A DNA stretch of 44,119 bases, from positions 1 through 44,119 of the IMG/VR virus record IMGVR_UViG_3300045988_175650; one strand, written 5' to 3'. Origin of the DNA: a virus. Below are positions 1 through 7,858 of the stretch, piece by piece. Both the position numbers and the translations under genes were made by a program. The number at the start of each line of letters is the position of its first letter. Within the stretch, counting starts at the first letter, position 1. The notes beneath the pieces were generated by a model. It had not been told where the DNA came from. It made no database searches and saw nothing but the letters and a program-made list of their open reading frames with translations.

Positions 1-47
1 CCTTGACATGGTGGGGGTCGTTGGTTCGAGTCCAATCGTGCCTACCA
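1..47 (+). tRNA. 3' portion of a tRNA gene (variable region, T-arm, acceptor 3' strand, discriminator A, CCA); the 5' part lies outside the window
   Basis: T-stem GTTGG (20-24), T-loop TTCGAGT (25-31), CCAAT (32-36), 7-nt acceptor strand CGTGCCT (37-43), A44, CCA (45-47). The roughly 19 nt before the T-arm suggest a long variable arm (class II tRNA such as Leu/Ser/Tyr), but the anticodon is not in the window, so identity is undetermined. Confidence 0.7.
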
Positions 48-55
48 GATTTTAT
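1..55 (+). repeat. attL core (55-bp exact direct repeat, identical to 44065-44119)
   Basis: ccttgacatggtgggggtcgttggttcgagtccaatcgtgcctaccagattttat occurs identically at both ends of the window. Confidence 0.95.
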
Positions 56-62
56 ATATTTA

Positions 63-92
63 AGCCCTGTTTATTCAGGGCTTTTTCTTTTT
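63..92 (+). terminator. Rho-independent terminator just downstream of the tRNA 3' end, carried on the phage side of attL
   Basis: AGCCCTG (63-69), loop tttatt, CAGGGCT (76-82), followed by TTTTTCTTTTT. Confidence 0.7.
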
Positions 93-157
93 CTGCGTAC
101 ACACGCCGCCCTTCCCTTCTCTCTAAAAAGTGGCAGTTTTCCCGCTTTTGCGGAAAA

Positions 158-190
158 ATACGCCGTAAATTTACGCCAAATTTACGCCTG
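158..190 (+). promoter_or_regulatory. Three direct TACGCC-containing repeats; candidate arm-type integrase binding sites (P arm) overlapping the int upstream region
   Basis: aTACGCCgtaaa / tTTACGCCAAA / tTTACGCCtga, with TACGCC at 159-164, 172-177 and 183-188. The same ATTACGCCAAA unit occurs twice next to attR (44005-44026). Confidence 0.6.
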
Positions 191-200
191 AGAGCTGCCA

Positions 201-1199
201 ATGAAATTGCCAAAACCACGGAAACGCGGAGATGCCTGGCGCATCGAAATCATGTTTGAAGGGCGGCGATATTCTGCCACACGCGACACCGCGCGTGAAT
301 GTGAGCGGTGGGCGGCAGAGAGGCTGTTGTCGCTCAAGGCCGGGCAGAAAGTTGGGCGGAAATCGTCCATAACGTTCCGTGAGTTGTTCCGCCTCTATAT
401 TGACCGCGTTGGCAGCAAGTCGCCGAGTGCGCGCCAGATTGGCGAGCAATGGCGCGCCTTCGACGGCAAGTTCCGCCAGCTTGGCGAAATGCAGATTCAC
501 CAGATTACGCCTCAGCATTTGACCGACTGGCGCAACCGGCGTTTGACGGAGGTTTCTGCAGGAACGGTGCTGAAGGAAATCAGCCTGTTTTCTTCGGTTT
601 TCAGTTTTGCGAAGAAGGAGTTGTTCGCGCTTGATGAAAACCCGTGGTTCGCCATTTCCAAACCGACACAGCCTAAACCACGACTGCGACGCATCAGTAC
701 GGATGAACTGGCATCGCTCATGGCAGCCGCAAGGTATGAGGAAGGGATGCGCCCTAAATACACGCGGCATTTTGTCGCGTTGATGGTGTTGTTCGCTATC
801 GAAACAGCAATGCGCGAGGGTGAGATTTTAGCGATGCGGCGCTCAGATGTGTTTGGAAATTATGTGCATGTGCCACGGTCAAAGAATGGCCATGCCCGCG
901 ATGTTCCTTTATCAAGCGCAGCACGGGCGATCCTTGATTTGTTGCCCGAAGGCGAGGTGTTTTTCCCGATTACTTTAGACGCTTTCAAGGCGTCCTGGCG
1001 CCGGATTAAGGCAAAGTCGGGCGTTGTTGATTTGCGCTTTCATGACACGCGCCACGAGGCGGCGTCGCGCATGGTACGCGATCGCAAGTTGCCGGTTCAT
1101 GTGTTGGCCAAAATCACCGGGCACCGGAAAATAGAGGTGTTGGTCAACACTTATTACAATCCGTCTGCTGATGAGATTGTAGATATGTTCAACGGCTAG
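201..1199 (+). CDS. int: Tyrosine recombinase / phage integrase (332 aa)
   Basis: Located directly inside attL. The C-terminal catalytic region shows AMREGEIL, HDTRHEAASR and GHRKIEVLVNTYY, the R...HxxR...H...Y pattern of tyrosine recombinases. Confidence 0.93.
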   Translation: MKLPKPRKRGDAWRIEIMFEGRRYSATRDTARECERWAAERLLSLKAGQKVGRKSSITFRELFRLYIDRVGSKSPSARQIGEQWRAFDGKFRQLGEMQIHQITPQHLTDWRNRRLTEVSAGTVLKEISLFSSVFSFAKKELFALDENPWFAISKPTQPKPRLRRISTDELASLMAAARYEEGMRPKYTRHFVALMVLFAIETAMREGEILAMRRSDVFGNYVHVPRSKNGHARDVPLSSAARAILDLLPEGEVFFPITLDAFKASWRRIKAKSGVVDLRFHDTRHEAASRMVRDRKLPVHVLAKITGHRKIEVLVNTYYNPSADEIVDMFNG

Positions 1200-1471
1200 C
1201 TTTCCCGTTTTCGACCGCGCTTGTGTACGGTGCGCATGATTTCTGCGGCGCGCCGAGGGTCGTAAAGCGCTTTACCCGTCGTCCCTTGGTTGATGTCTGC
1301 GAGTTTATCGCGGATGGTTTTGGTGGATACGCCGTAGTAAGCAGCGAGTTGTGCCGCTGTTGCCAGCGCGTCGTGCTGCTTGAGTTCGATAACGACACCT
1401 CCGGCGATTCGCTCCCCCAACATGACAGTTGGCGGTGTCTCGGCCTCCACCGTAATTATGTAGCGCTTCAT
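1196..1471 (-). CDS. Putative excisionase / small HTH DNA-binding protein (91 aa)
   Basis: Last gene of the early-left operon, convergent with int and overlapping it by 4 nt. HTH-like segment TAAQLAAYYGVSTKTIRDKLADI. Strong RBS GGGGGAGAA before the ATG. ATGA start/stop overlap with the upstream ORF. Confidence 0.5.
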   Translation of the reverse strand: MKRYIITVEAETPPTVMLGERIAGGVVIELKQHDALATAAQLAAYYGVSTKTIRDKLADINQGTTGKALYDPRRAAEIMRTVHKRGRKRES

Positions 1472-1701
1472 TTCTCCCCCAATAATGCCTTTGCGTGCTG
1501 CAGGGCATTTTCTCTTGTCCGATGTACCAACCCTTTTCCCAGCAGGGCGATGTCATGTTTACACCCGCACCATATTCCAGATAATGCGTAGGCATCGCTA
1601 CCTTTAACCGCCGGATAGTAGTAAGGAAAGTGTTCCGGCGGTGCAGTTCTTTCCGGAGCGGGGTAATGGATGATGCGGCGGATGATTTTGTGCTGTCTCA
1701 T
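1468..1701 (-). CDS. Hypothetical protein (77 aa from MRQHK)
   Basis: ORF in the early-left operon. The start at 1701 forms an ATGA overlap with the upstream small ORF. No recognisable motif. Confidence 0.5.
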   Translation of the reverse strand: MRQHKIIRRIIHYPAPERTAPPEHFPYYYPAVKGSDAYALSGIWCGCKHDIALLGKGLVHRTRENALQHAKALLGEK

Positions 1702-1862
1702 GGTTTTTCTCCTTTCTGCCCGTGCAAGGGGCAACCGCTGCTTATCCAGTAGCCGTGGTTCTCGCCGTCGCCCATGATTCCCCTGCCGTGGGCGTTATCC
1801 AGCACGGGGCATGTGCAGCCTTGTTTGATTGCAGCGTCGCTTCCGGGGTTGGGTGTGTTCAT
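1698..1862 (-). CDS. Small Cys/Gly/His-rich protein (54 aa; below the ORF-track cutoff)
   Basis: My own translation of the minus strand: MNTPNPGSDAAIKQGCTCPVLDNAHGRGIMGDGENHGYWISSGCPLHGQKGEKP. The stop overlaps the next start (ATGA), consistent with translational coupling. Confidence 0.4.
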   Translation of the reverse strand: MNTPNPGSDAAIKQGCTCPVLDNAHGRGIMGDGENHGYWISSGCPLHGQKGEKP

Positions 1863-2113
1863 GGTGTGCCTCTCATTTCATCGCAACCTGCATTTGCGGT
1901 TGCACGGTTTGGTTGTGCGTTGTTGTGCATGGTATTTTTCTTTTCATCGCTCATGTTTTGCTCCTGTAATTCGGTAGCCGCTTACGGCGGCAAGTCGGCG
2001 TCCTCACAAGCCGATACCTAACCTGCGGATGCGGCGGCGGTTGTTTCAAGCCGCAGACACTCGCCGCTTGTCTGCGTCCGCATTTGCCCCTGCGGTCGGG
2101 GGGTAGGTGTGAG

Positions 2114-2350
2114 TTATTCCCCTTCCAGCTGCTTTACGCCCTGCTTCAGGATTTCAAGCGTGCAGTCTTTGCAGACCACAGTTTTTTCCTGATATGGGAT
2201 TTGTAGCTCTACGTTGATTTGGTAGTCTTTCGTGCTGTCCATGAAATAGCCGAATGTTTTTCTGATGCCGCTAAATACCTCGCCGCGTTCTATTTCCTCC
2301 CCGCATCTGTCGCAGGTGTAGGTGTAGATTTCCGTTTTCTGGATGCCCAT
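2114..2350 (-). CDS. Small zinc-ribbon protein (78 aa from MGIQK)
   Basis: CDRC...(about 50 aa)...CKDC is a two-CxxC pattern. The start at 2350 forms an ATGA overlap with the stop of the upstream ORF. The longer 106-aa version carries an Arg-rich N-terminal extension that looks non-coding. Confidence 0.55.
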   Translation of the reverse strand: MGIQKTEIYTYTCDRCGEEIERGEVFSGIRKTFGYFMDSTKDYQINVELQIPYQEKTVVCKDCTLEILKQGVKQLEGE

Positions 2351-2619
2351 CAGTCTTCCCCTATCGGGTAATGGCGCAGGCTGTTTGTTGCGTCTTCGGC
2401 GCTGATGGGAGCGACTGCGCCGGCGAATGGACATTCGCTGTCAAGAAAGTCGCTCCCCCATATCATTGTGTCTTCGCTGTATTCCGGCTTGTCGGAATAG
2501 CTGTAAATCTCTCCGTCCGCGTCCGTCGCCACCCATTCATGGTCTGCGGGGATGCTGATATTCACGCCGAAGTATTCGACTTCCCGCAGGGGGCGCGGTT
2601 TGAAGTTTTTGAGTTTCAT
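2350..2619 (-). CDS. Hypothetical early protein (89 aa) with one WVATDADGEIYSYSDKPE-type motif
   Basis: ORF coupled by 4-nt overlaps on both sides. It shares a motif with the upstream 255-aa ORF. Confidence 0.6.
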   Translation of the reverse strand: MKLKNFKPRPLREVEYFGVNISIPADHEWVATDADGEIYSYSDKPEYSEDTMIWGSDFLDSECPFAGAVAPISAEDATNSLRHYPIGED

Positions 2620-3383
2620 TTCTGCACCTCACGCAGGCTGCCTTTCCAGTGCTTTGCTCCGGTCTTCGCACTGCGCCAAAACAGTTGTTCGTGCTTACTT
2701 CCGGTGTCCGGCATGGGTTGCCATGCTTCGTTGTCGCCGATGCGCCGTATCTCCGGTTGGTTCTCAAAGCACCACACCCAGCCGTCGGCATCCATCGCAA
2801 GGTATCGCACCCAGTCAGGGATAACGGCGTCGCCGCCGTAGTAGTTACGCACGACGCGGCTATCAGCAGCGAGTGAAGCGGGTTTCTCGGCTTTGATGCT
2901 TTTCGGCGGGGCTGCTAGTGGGATAAGCTCTTTCGCAAAAGCTTCCAGTAAGGCTTCTCCTACCACCACTTTAACGCCGGAATGTTTGACGAAGCCTTCC
3001 CACTCCTCTTGGGTAATCTCTTTGGCGCGGGGCATTGTTTCTACTATGTAGGTCGCCATTTCGCGCGGGTCGCTGGAAGGGAAATTAACCAGCACCACCA
3101 CGGTTATCCACATCTTCAGGTCAAGCATCCAGTCCTGCCCGTGTTCGTCCCCGCAGTAGGTCAGGGTGTTTTCCCAGTGCTCGCTGCTCTCAAAGGTAAC
3201 GGTTACACTTGTTTGCGAAGCGCTGCAATCTCTTGAGTACCAGCAGCGCTGTCCCAACGCAGGCTTATTTCTGTGCGCCCACAGCGAGCCGTCCTTGTCA
3301 GCGGCGATATATTTTTTGTCTTTCCCTACGCGCAAGACATGCCCGTAGAACAGCACTGTTTTATAAGGGGTGTTGAGTTTCAT
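2616..3383 (-). CDS. Hypothetical early protein (255 aa) with two copies of the (Y/W)xAxDxDGxxW...(K/N/Q)P motif
   Basis: YIAADKDGSLWAHRNKP near the N-terminus and YLAMDADGWVWCFENQPE near the C-terminus. RBS GAGAGGAAAC before the ATG at 3383. Confidence 0.65.
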   Translation of the reverse strand: MKLNTPYKTVLFYGHVLRVGKDKKYIAADKDGSLWAHRNKPALGQRCWYSRDCSASQTSVTVTFESSEHWENTLTYCGDEHGQDWMLDLKMWITVVVLVNFPSSDPREMATYIVETMPRAKEITQEEWEGFVKHSGVKVVVGEALLEAFAKELIPLAAPPKSIKAEKPASLAADSRVVRNYYGGDAVIPDWVRYLAMDADGWVWCFENQPEIRRIGDNEAWQPMPDTGSKHEQLFWRSAKTGAKHWKGSLREVQK

Positions 3384-3432
3384 AGTTTCCTCTCTTCAAC
3401 CGTGGTCATGATGACCACGGTTGGCTTTGTAT

Positions 3433-4254
3433 TTATCGCGCGTCGTATTCCCCCGCATATACGGGCATGGCGAGCGCGGCCTTGGCGCTTTCCATCATCT
3501 CTTCCGCCTTCGCGCGGCGGTCGGCATCACCGCCGATGTAGCGCAAACGCAGATAGAAGGCGTCGCCGTCCACAACAAGGGCAATGCGGAAGCGCGCGGT
3601 GATTGGTTTTTCCGTCCCCTGATAGAGCGGGTCAGTAATGCGCAGTTCGCTCACCATGCGCCCATCGGCTTTGAGCGCCGCCTGTTCGCTGATGGTGCGT
3701 TCGTGAGCAAAGTCTTCCTGGGTTTGCTTGATGCTCTTCGCCTTGCCCACGGTGAGCGAGGAGAGGATGGCGACCGCCTGGGCAGTGGTCATCACTTCGC
3801 CGTCTTTGTCGCAGGCGGTAATGTCTTCACCCCAGTCTTCGAGCAGGTCGGTGAGGTCGCGCTGTTTGAGCGGGTTGCCCGTTTTGTTCTGTATGGCAAG
3901 GAACAGCGGTGTGCCCTCGATGTCGTAGGTGGCGGTGTTTTTGGCATGACCTGCCCCGTCGTGATAGTCGAAGAGGATGCGGGCGCTCATTTTGTTGGGG
4001 TCAATGAAGCACGCTGCGCCTTCGCCTTGTCGTGCCTTGCCGTAGGCGATAAAGTCTCCCCAGTGCGTGGTGCGGTATTTGCCGCGCGGGTATTGGCGCT
4101 GCGGGCGCAGAGTTTCGAGGCTTTCAATCCGCCAGCCGTCGGGGACGGCGGCGGCGTAGGCTTCTTTTGCCACGGCAGTGTTAATGTGGGCGCAGATAGC
4201 TTCGCTTCGGGTGATGAGGGTGTTGATGTCTTGCTTGTCCATGTTGGTCTCCAT
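3433..4254 (-). CDS. DUF2303/YfdQ-like prophage protein (273 aa; the start may be the second ATG at 4242)
   Basis: Size, position next to the recombination module and overall sequence resemble the YfdQ/DUF2303 family, judged from memory only. GGAG lies 8 nt before the ATG at 4242. Confidence 0.5.
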   Translation of the reverse strand: METNMDKQDINTLITRSEAICAHINTAVAKEAYAAAVPDGWRIESLETLRPQRQYPRGKYRTTHWGDFIAYGKARQGEGAACFIDPNKMSARILFDYHDGAGHAKNTATYDIEGTPLFLAIQNKTGNPLKQRDLTDLLEDWGEDITACDKDGEVMTTAQAVAILSSLTVGKAKSIKQTQEDFAHERTISEQAALKADGRMVSELRITDPLYQGTEKPITARFRIALVVDGDAFYLRLRYIGGDADRRAKAEEMMESAKAALAMPVYAGEYDAR

Positions 4255-4580
4255 TATTGGTTAACGGCCATGCCGGGTAATTCCACGGCGGTGTCAGGGA
4301 TGATGGTCAGGTCGCCTTTGGCGCTGACATACATCAGCGTCTCGTCGGCGCTGGTTTCGGCTTTGTCGCCTTTTAGGGTTGGCATCTTGTACTTCGTGAT
4401 GCTTTCGACACTGAGCTGGTTCTGTGCGCCTTTGAGCGGTTTCAGTTTCAGCGTCAGGGTGACTTCGCCCGGCTTGGCGTTTTCCAGTACACGGCTGGCT
4501 GCCTCGCGCAGGATCAGACTAAGGGCGTCGGCAGTAGTGCCGGCATTGATGTCGTTGATGACGTCGGTGTAGTTTTTCAT
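4254..4580 (-). CDS. Hypothetical protein (108 aa)
   Basis: ORF in the operon. Its stop overlaps the next start (TAATG). Confidence 0.6.
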   Translation of the reverse strand: MKNYTDVINDINAGTTADALSLILREAASRVLENAKPGEVTLTLKLKPLKGAQNQLSVESITKYKMPTLKGDKAETSADETLMYVSAKGDLTIIPDTAVELPGMAVNQ

Positions 4581-4618
4581 GGTTTGCTCCGGTTGTGGAT
4601 GGGTGGGTTTTCGCGGTG

Positions 4619-5293
4619 TCAGAACGGAATCGTTGGATCGTCGTCGAAGTTGTCTTGCGCAGCAGGCTGGTTTCCGTCCGCCTGTCCGTAGGCGTAGCTT
4701 CCGGTTTGGCTGTAGCGCGCGCTCTTTTCGGCGTCCGTTTTGCTCTTTTGTGATTTGCGCAGCATCGCCTGCATCGCCTCTTCGATGTCGTGCGCTGGCA
4801 CGCCTGCGTTGTGTTCGCGGTAGCTTTTGCGCTCGTTGGTGTAGGCGGCGAAGAGTTCAATTTTTGGTTTCACTTCGTGGTTGTGGTAGCTCCAGGTTTC
4901 TACGAATAGGCCTACGAAGTTTTTGCCCAGTAATTCCTGCGCGTTGATGCAGGCGGTTTGTTCGGTGTTCTTCGTCTGCGCGTTGTATTTCGGCACAGTG
5001 ACGGATGTCGGGGTGAGTGTCTGCACGCCGCAGACGCCCATCAGGCTTTGCAGTAGTCGCCATGAGTATTCATTGGCGCTGCCGTCGCCTTTGAGGTACC
5101 AGATGGTGAAGTAGGCTTTTTGTCCGTCGCGGGTGTGGACGTCGAAGTCGATGCCTTGCGCGCCCGTCTTGGGCGAGGTGATAAATTCTGCGCGGTCGAT
5201 TTTGACTTGCTGCGCGGTGTTGCCGGGGATGTAGTTTGAGCTGGTGGTTTTTTCGGCTTCTTGTTGGTCGAAGCGGATGGTTTGGTAGTTCAT
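4619..5293 (-). CDS. Phage single-stranded DNA-binding protein (224 aa)
   Basis: The C-terminus ...QDNFDDDPTIPF is the acidic DDD-IPF-type tail characteristic of SSBs. It lies immediately downstream of a Sak4-like ATPase, the arrangement described for Sak4-associated SSBs. Confidence 0.65.
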   Translation of the reverse strand: MNYQTIRFDQQEAEKTTSSNYIPGNTAQQVKIDRAEFITSPKTGAQGIDFDVHTRDGQKAYFTIWYLKGDGSANEYSWRLLQSLMGVCGVQTLTPTSVTVPKYNAQTKNTEQTACINAQELLGKNFVGLFVETWSYHNHEVKPKIELFAAYTNERKSYREHNAGVPAHDIEEAMQAMLRKSQKSKTDAEKSARYSQTGSYAYGQADGNQPAAQDNFDDDPTIPF

Positions 5294-5961
5294 GCGGCAT
5301 CTCCTGTTTCTGAATGGATTTGTTCGGGTTGGCTTTCGGGTTCGGCTTCGTTGAGGCCATAGTAGATTTTTATGGCCTCATCGACTGCGGTGAGGTCGTT
5401 GTCGATGAGGGCATCGGCAAACATGCCTTCCGGGCTTTTGGTGGTGTCGTTGCCGTTGTTTTGGGTAACGAAGCGGTATTTGCCGTCGATGACTTGCGTG
5501 CGCAGCACGATGGTTACCATGCCTTCCGGGGTGATTTTGTCGTCCAGCATTTTGCCGATGGTCTTGATGCTGGTGCGTCCGCTCTCGTTTTCTTGGGTGT
5601 GCGAGAGGATGTACACGCGCTTGTCAGCAGGCAGGCTGGTCGCGGCGCTCAGGATGTCCCAGGCGTTGCGGCCGATGTCGTTGAATTTGTCGTAGCCTTT
5701 TTCGTGGCTGCGGCGCATGAATTCGTTTGCCATGATGTATTGGAAGTCGTCGATGACGATCACCGGGGATTTGATTTTCGGCAGGGTGCGGCATATCTGT
5801 TCGCTGTTGTCTGTTGTCATGCTTTTCAGTTTGCCGCCGCCACGGAAGGGGAGCGGTTTGCCGATGACGTTGATTAGCGCGGTTTGTTCCGGGTTGAGGT
5901 TGCGCAGGCTGTAGCTTTTTCCGCTGCCGGAATGTCCGAGGATGAAGGTAACGATTGCCAT
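5290..5961 (-). CDS. Sak4-like RecA-fold ATPase / single-strand annealing accessory protein (223 aa from MAIVTF)
   Basis: Walker A GHSGSGKS near the N-terminus and Walker B-like VIVIDDF. Size of about 220 aa. RBS AAGGAG before the ATG at 5961. The further-upstream Met in the track lacks an RBS and would overlap the stop of the preceding gene. Confidence 0.65.
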   Translation of the reverse strand: MAIVTFILGHSGSGKSYSLRNLNPEQTALINVIGKPLPFRGGGKLKSMTTDNSEQICRTLPKIKSPVIVIDDFQYIMANEFMRRSHEKGYDKFNDIGRNAWDILSAATSLPADKRVYILSHTQENESGRTSIKTIGKMLDDKITPEGMVTIVLRTQVIDGKYRFVTQNNGNDTTKSPEGMFADALIDNDLTAVDEAIKIYYGLNEAEPESQPEQIHSETGDAA

Positions 5962-5966
5962 GTGGT

Positions 5967-6827
5967 TTACTCCTTGTTGATGTTGATGCGCCATGTAATA
6001 GACGCGGGTTTGCGGTAGGCATCGAGGTCGATGTCTTTGAGCGCGGGGATGGCTTTGTAGTCCACCGTCCCCTTGCTTTCGATGCGTTTCAGGGTGATGC
6101 CACCAACGGCGAGGCTATCGCTCCCCGCTTCTTCCGCCAGGGCGATTAGCTGGTCTTTGACTGCCTGCTGCTGGCTTTGCAGCGCCTTGATTTGTGCGTC
6201 AAGGTCGCGGTATTCATTCGCCAAGATTTGCGGCACCTCGTCGGCGGTGGCTTCCAGGTCGTGGGCAAACTGCGCCCAGCCTGCGCGGATGCGCGCAAAC
6301 CAGTCGGCATTGGGGAAGACGTCGGCGATTGCCATGCGCCCCGGCGTGCCGTCCGATACGACAAACCAGCATTTTTCCGCGCCCGATACCATGAGCTGCT
6401 GTTGTACTTGCGCCATGTCGTGTTCGGCCAGTTCGCCACGGGCCGCCATGTCAAAGCGCTTGCGGCTGGCGTCGCTGTCGCGCAGTAGTTTGTGTTCGAT
6501 AATCAGCGTGCCTTCAAAGCTGATGCCGTCGAGGCTTGCTGCAATGCTGTCTTCGCCTTCGTACACGCAGGGAGTGATGGGCTGACCTGCCAGGTCTTCG
6601 AGGTGCGGCAGGATGGCTTTTTCTGCAGCGTGTCCGGCGGCGTACAGTTCGCGCTGGTAGTCGCTGGTTTTGGCGATGACGCCCTGCTTTTCCCGCAGCA
6701 GTTGCTCGCGGGTTTTGTAGGGGCTGATGCCCAGCATTGCGGCGGCGTCGGATGCGCCAAAGCGGCTCTGCCGCCACGCCTGCCAAACAGACGTGTTCTG
6801 TTCGAGGTGGACGGTGGTGCGGTTCAT
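5967..6827 (-). CDS. YqaJ-like viral recombinase exonuclease (PD-(D/E)XK family), 286 aa
   Basis: N-terminal W..R...FGASDAAAMLGISPYKT is typical of the YqaJ domain. ...LDGISFEGTLIIEHK fits a D...ExK-like active site. It sits in the recombination module. Confidence 0.7.
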   Translation of the reverse strand: MNRTTVHLEQNTSVWQAWRQSRFGASDAAAMLGISPYKTREQLLREKQGVIAKTSDYQRELYAAGHAAEKAILPHLEDLAGQPITPCVYEGEDSIAASLDGISFEGTLIIEHKLLRDSDASRKRFDMAARGELAEHDMAQVQQQLMVSGAEKCWFVVSDGTPGRMAIADVFPNADWFARIRAGWAQFAHDLEATADEVPQILANEYRDLDAQIKALQSQQQAVKDQLIALAEEAGSDSLAVGGITLKRIESKGTVDYKAIPALKDIDLDAYRKPASITWRININKE

Positions 6828-7129
6828 GCGGCTTTCCCTTCGTTGAGGTATTGCCGGACGGCGATGCCCAGCTCTCCTATGCTTCCTCCTTCAAGCAGCC
6901 TGTCCTGAAGCACGGGGTCGCTGTCTGTTGTGCAGAAGGTGCGGGCGTAGCAATGCAGCACGCCGTTATCCCGTTGGAAGATTTCGATGATCATTGATTC
7001 GTTGCCGAAACTGGCAGACAGGAAAACGTTGTCCTTCATGTAGCTGATGTTCAGGTAGTCGCAAGTTTTACCCAGCGGGATTGCAACCCGGTGTGCTTCT
7101 TTTGCCAAATCTGTGTTCATGATGTTCAT
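6824..7129 (-). CDS. Hypothetical protein (101 aa)
   Basis: ORF with 4-nt overlaps to both neighbours. Confidence 0.55.
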   Translation of the reverse strand: MNIMNTDLAKEAHRVAIPLGKTCDYLNISYMKDNVFLSASFGNESMIIEIFQRDNGVLHCYARTFCTTDSDPVLQDRLLEGGSIGELGIAVRQYLNEGKAA

Positions 7130-7317
7130 TTGTGGCTCTCCCAGTTTTTACAGGCGGTGATTTCGGTTTCGCTGAGGTCGTGGCGCGCGCATTGTTCTGC
7201 CACCCATTCCCGGTGCGCCGCTGTCCGGGTAACAGCGGGCGGGTTGTCCTCGCCGCCCGGTACGATGGCGACGACGGCCAGCAGGGCGACGGCAGCGATG
7301 GTTTCGAGGGTGTTCAT
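7126..7317 (-). CDS. Small protein with an N-terminal hydrophobic segment (63 aa)
   Basis: TIAAVALLAVVAIVPGG is a hydrophobic stretch. 4-nt overlaps to both neighbours. Confidence 0.5.
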   Translation of the reverse strand: MNTLETIAAVALLAVVAIVPGGEDNPPAVTRTAAHREWVAEQCARHDLSETEITACKNWESHK

Positions 7318-7697
7318 GCGGCCTCCCGATCTTCAGCGCGGGCAATCAGCCATTCGCTGTAGGCTTCGTCCGCTTCTTTTTGCAGGTCGCGGTAGGGGAT
7401 GTAGGCATCAAGCATGTCGGCAAGGATTCCCGCGTGGTCTTCTTCGTGGTACTCGCCGAAGTCTTCGCGGTCGAGTTCGCGGCCTTCGTCGTTCAGGATG
7501 ATGACGACGCTGCCATCAGCTTTGACGGTGAGGGTTTCGCTGGTCTCTTCCGTGTACTCGGCAGGCTCCCAGTAGGTCGCTTGTCGTAGCAGCTTTTGTC
7601 CGTACCAGCGGCAGACGGTGATTTCGCTTTCGCCGCCCCACCATTCAAAGGTGTCGTCCAGCCCGGCGGCGAGGGTCTTGAGGTTCAGGGTTGTCAT
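7314..7697 (-). CDS. Acidic hypothetical protein (127 aa), first gene of the early-left operon
   Basis: RBS ATGGAGCAACGAAG before the ATG at 7697. Highly acidic composition. First ORF downstream of the PL-like promoter. Confidence 0.65.
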   Translation of the reverse strand: MTTLNLKTLAAGLDDTFEWWGGESEITVCRWYGQKLLRQATYWEPAEYTEETSETLTVKADGSVVIILNDEGRELDREDFGEYHEEDHAGILADMLDAYIPYRDLQKEADEAYSEWLIARAEDREAA

Positions 7698-7732
7698 CTT
7701 CGTTGCTCCATCGTGTTCGTTTCGATGGGGGT

Positions 7733-7760
7733 ATTATAAACAAACTGTTTAATTATGCAA
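7733..7760 (-). promoter_or_regulatory. Early-left (PL-like) sigma70 promoter
   Basis: Minus strand reads TTGCAT (7760-7755), a 16-nt spacer, then TATAAT (7738-7733), about 35 nt upstream of the first early-left ATG. A TACAC-N5-GTGTA palindrome at 7768-7782 shares the TACAC(A) half-site with the cI/cro operators. Confidence 0.6.
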
Positions 7761-7835
7761 GTAAAAATACACGTTATGTGTAGGTATTCTTTCTAATCAT
7801 TGTTTCATATACACATTTTGTTTAATTGCAGGCGC

Positions 7836-7858
7836 AAAAAAACCGCCCGAAGGCGGAG
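7836..7858 (-). terminator. Rho-independent terminator ending the repressor-linked accessory operon
   Basis: Minus strand reads GCTCCGCC-TTCG-GGCGG followed by TTTTTTT. It lies 35 nt after the stop of the 7893-8570 gene. Confidence 0.8.

Noticed and set aside
3421-4572. 383-aa plus-strand ORF
   Set aside because: It lies antisense to the DUF2303-like and 108-aa genes of the minus-strand early operon. The minus-strand frames have RBSs and start/stop coupling, and this one does not.
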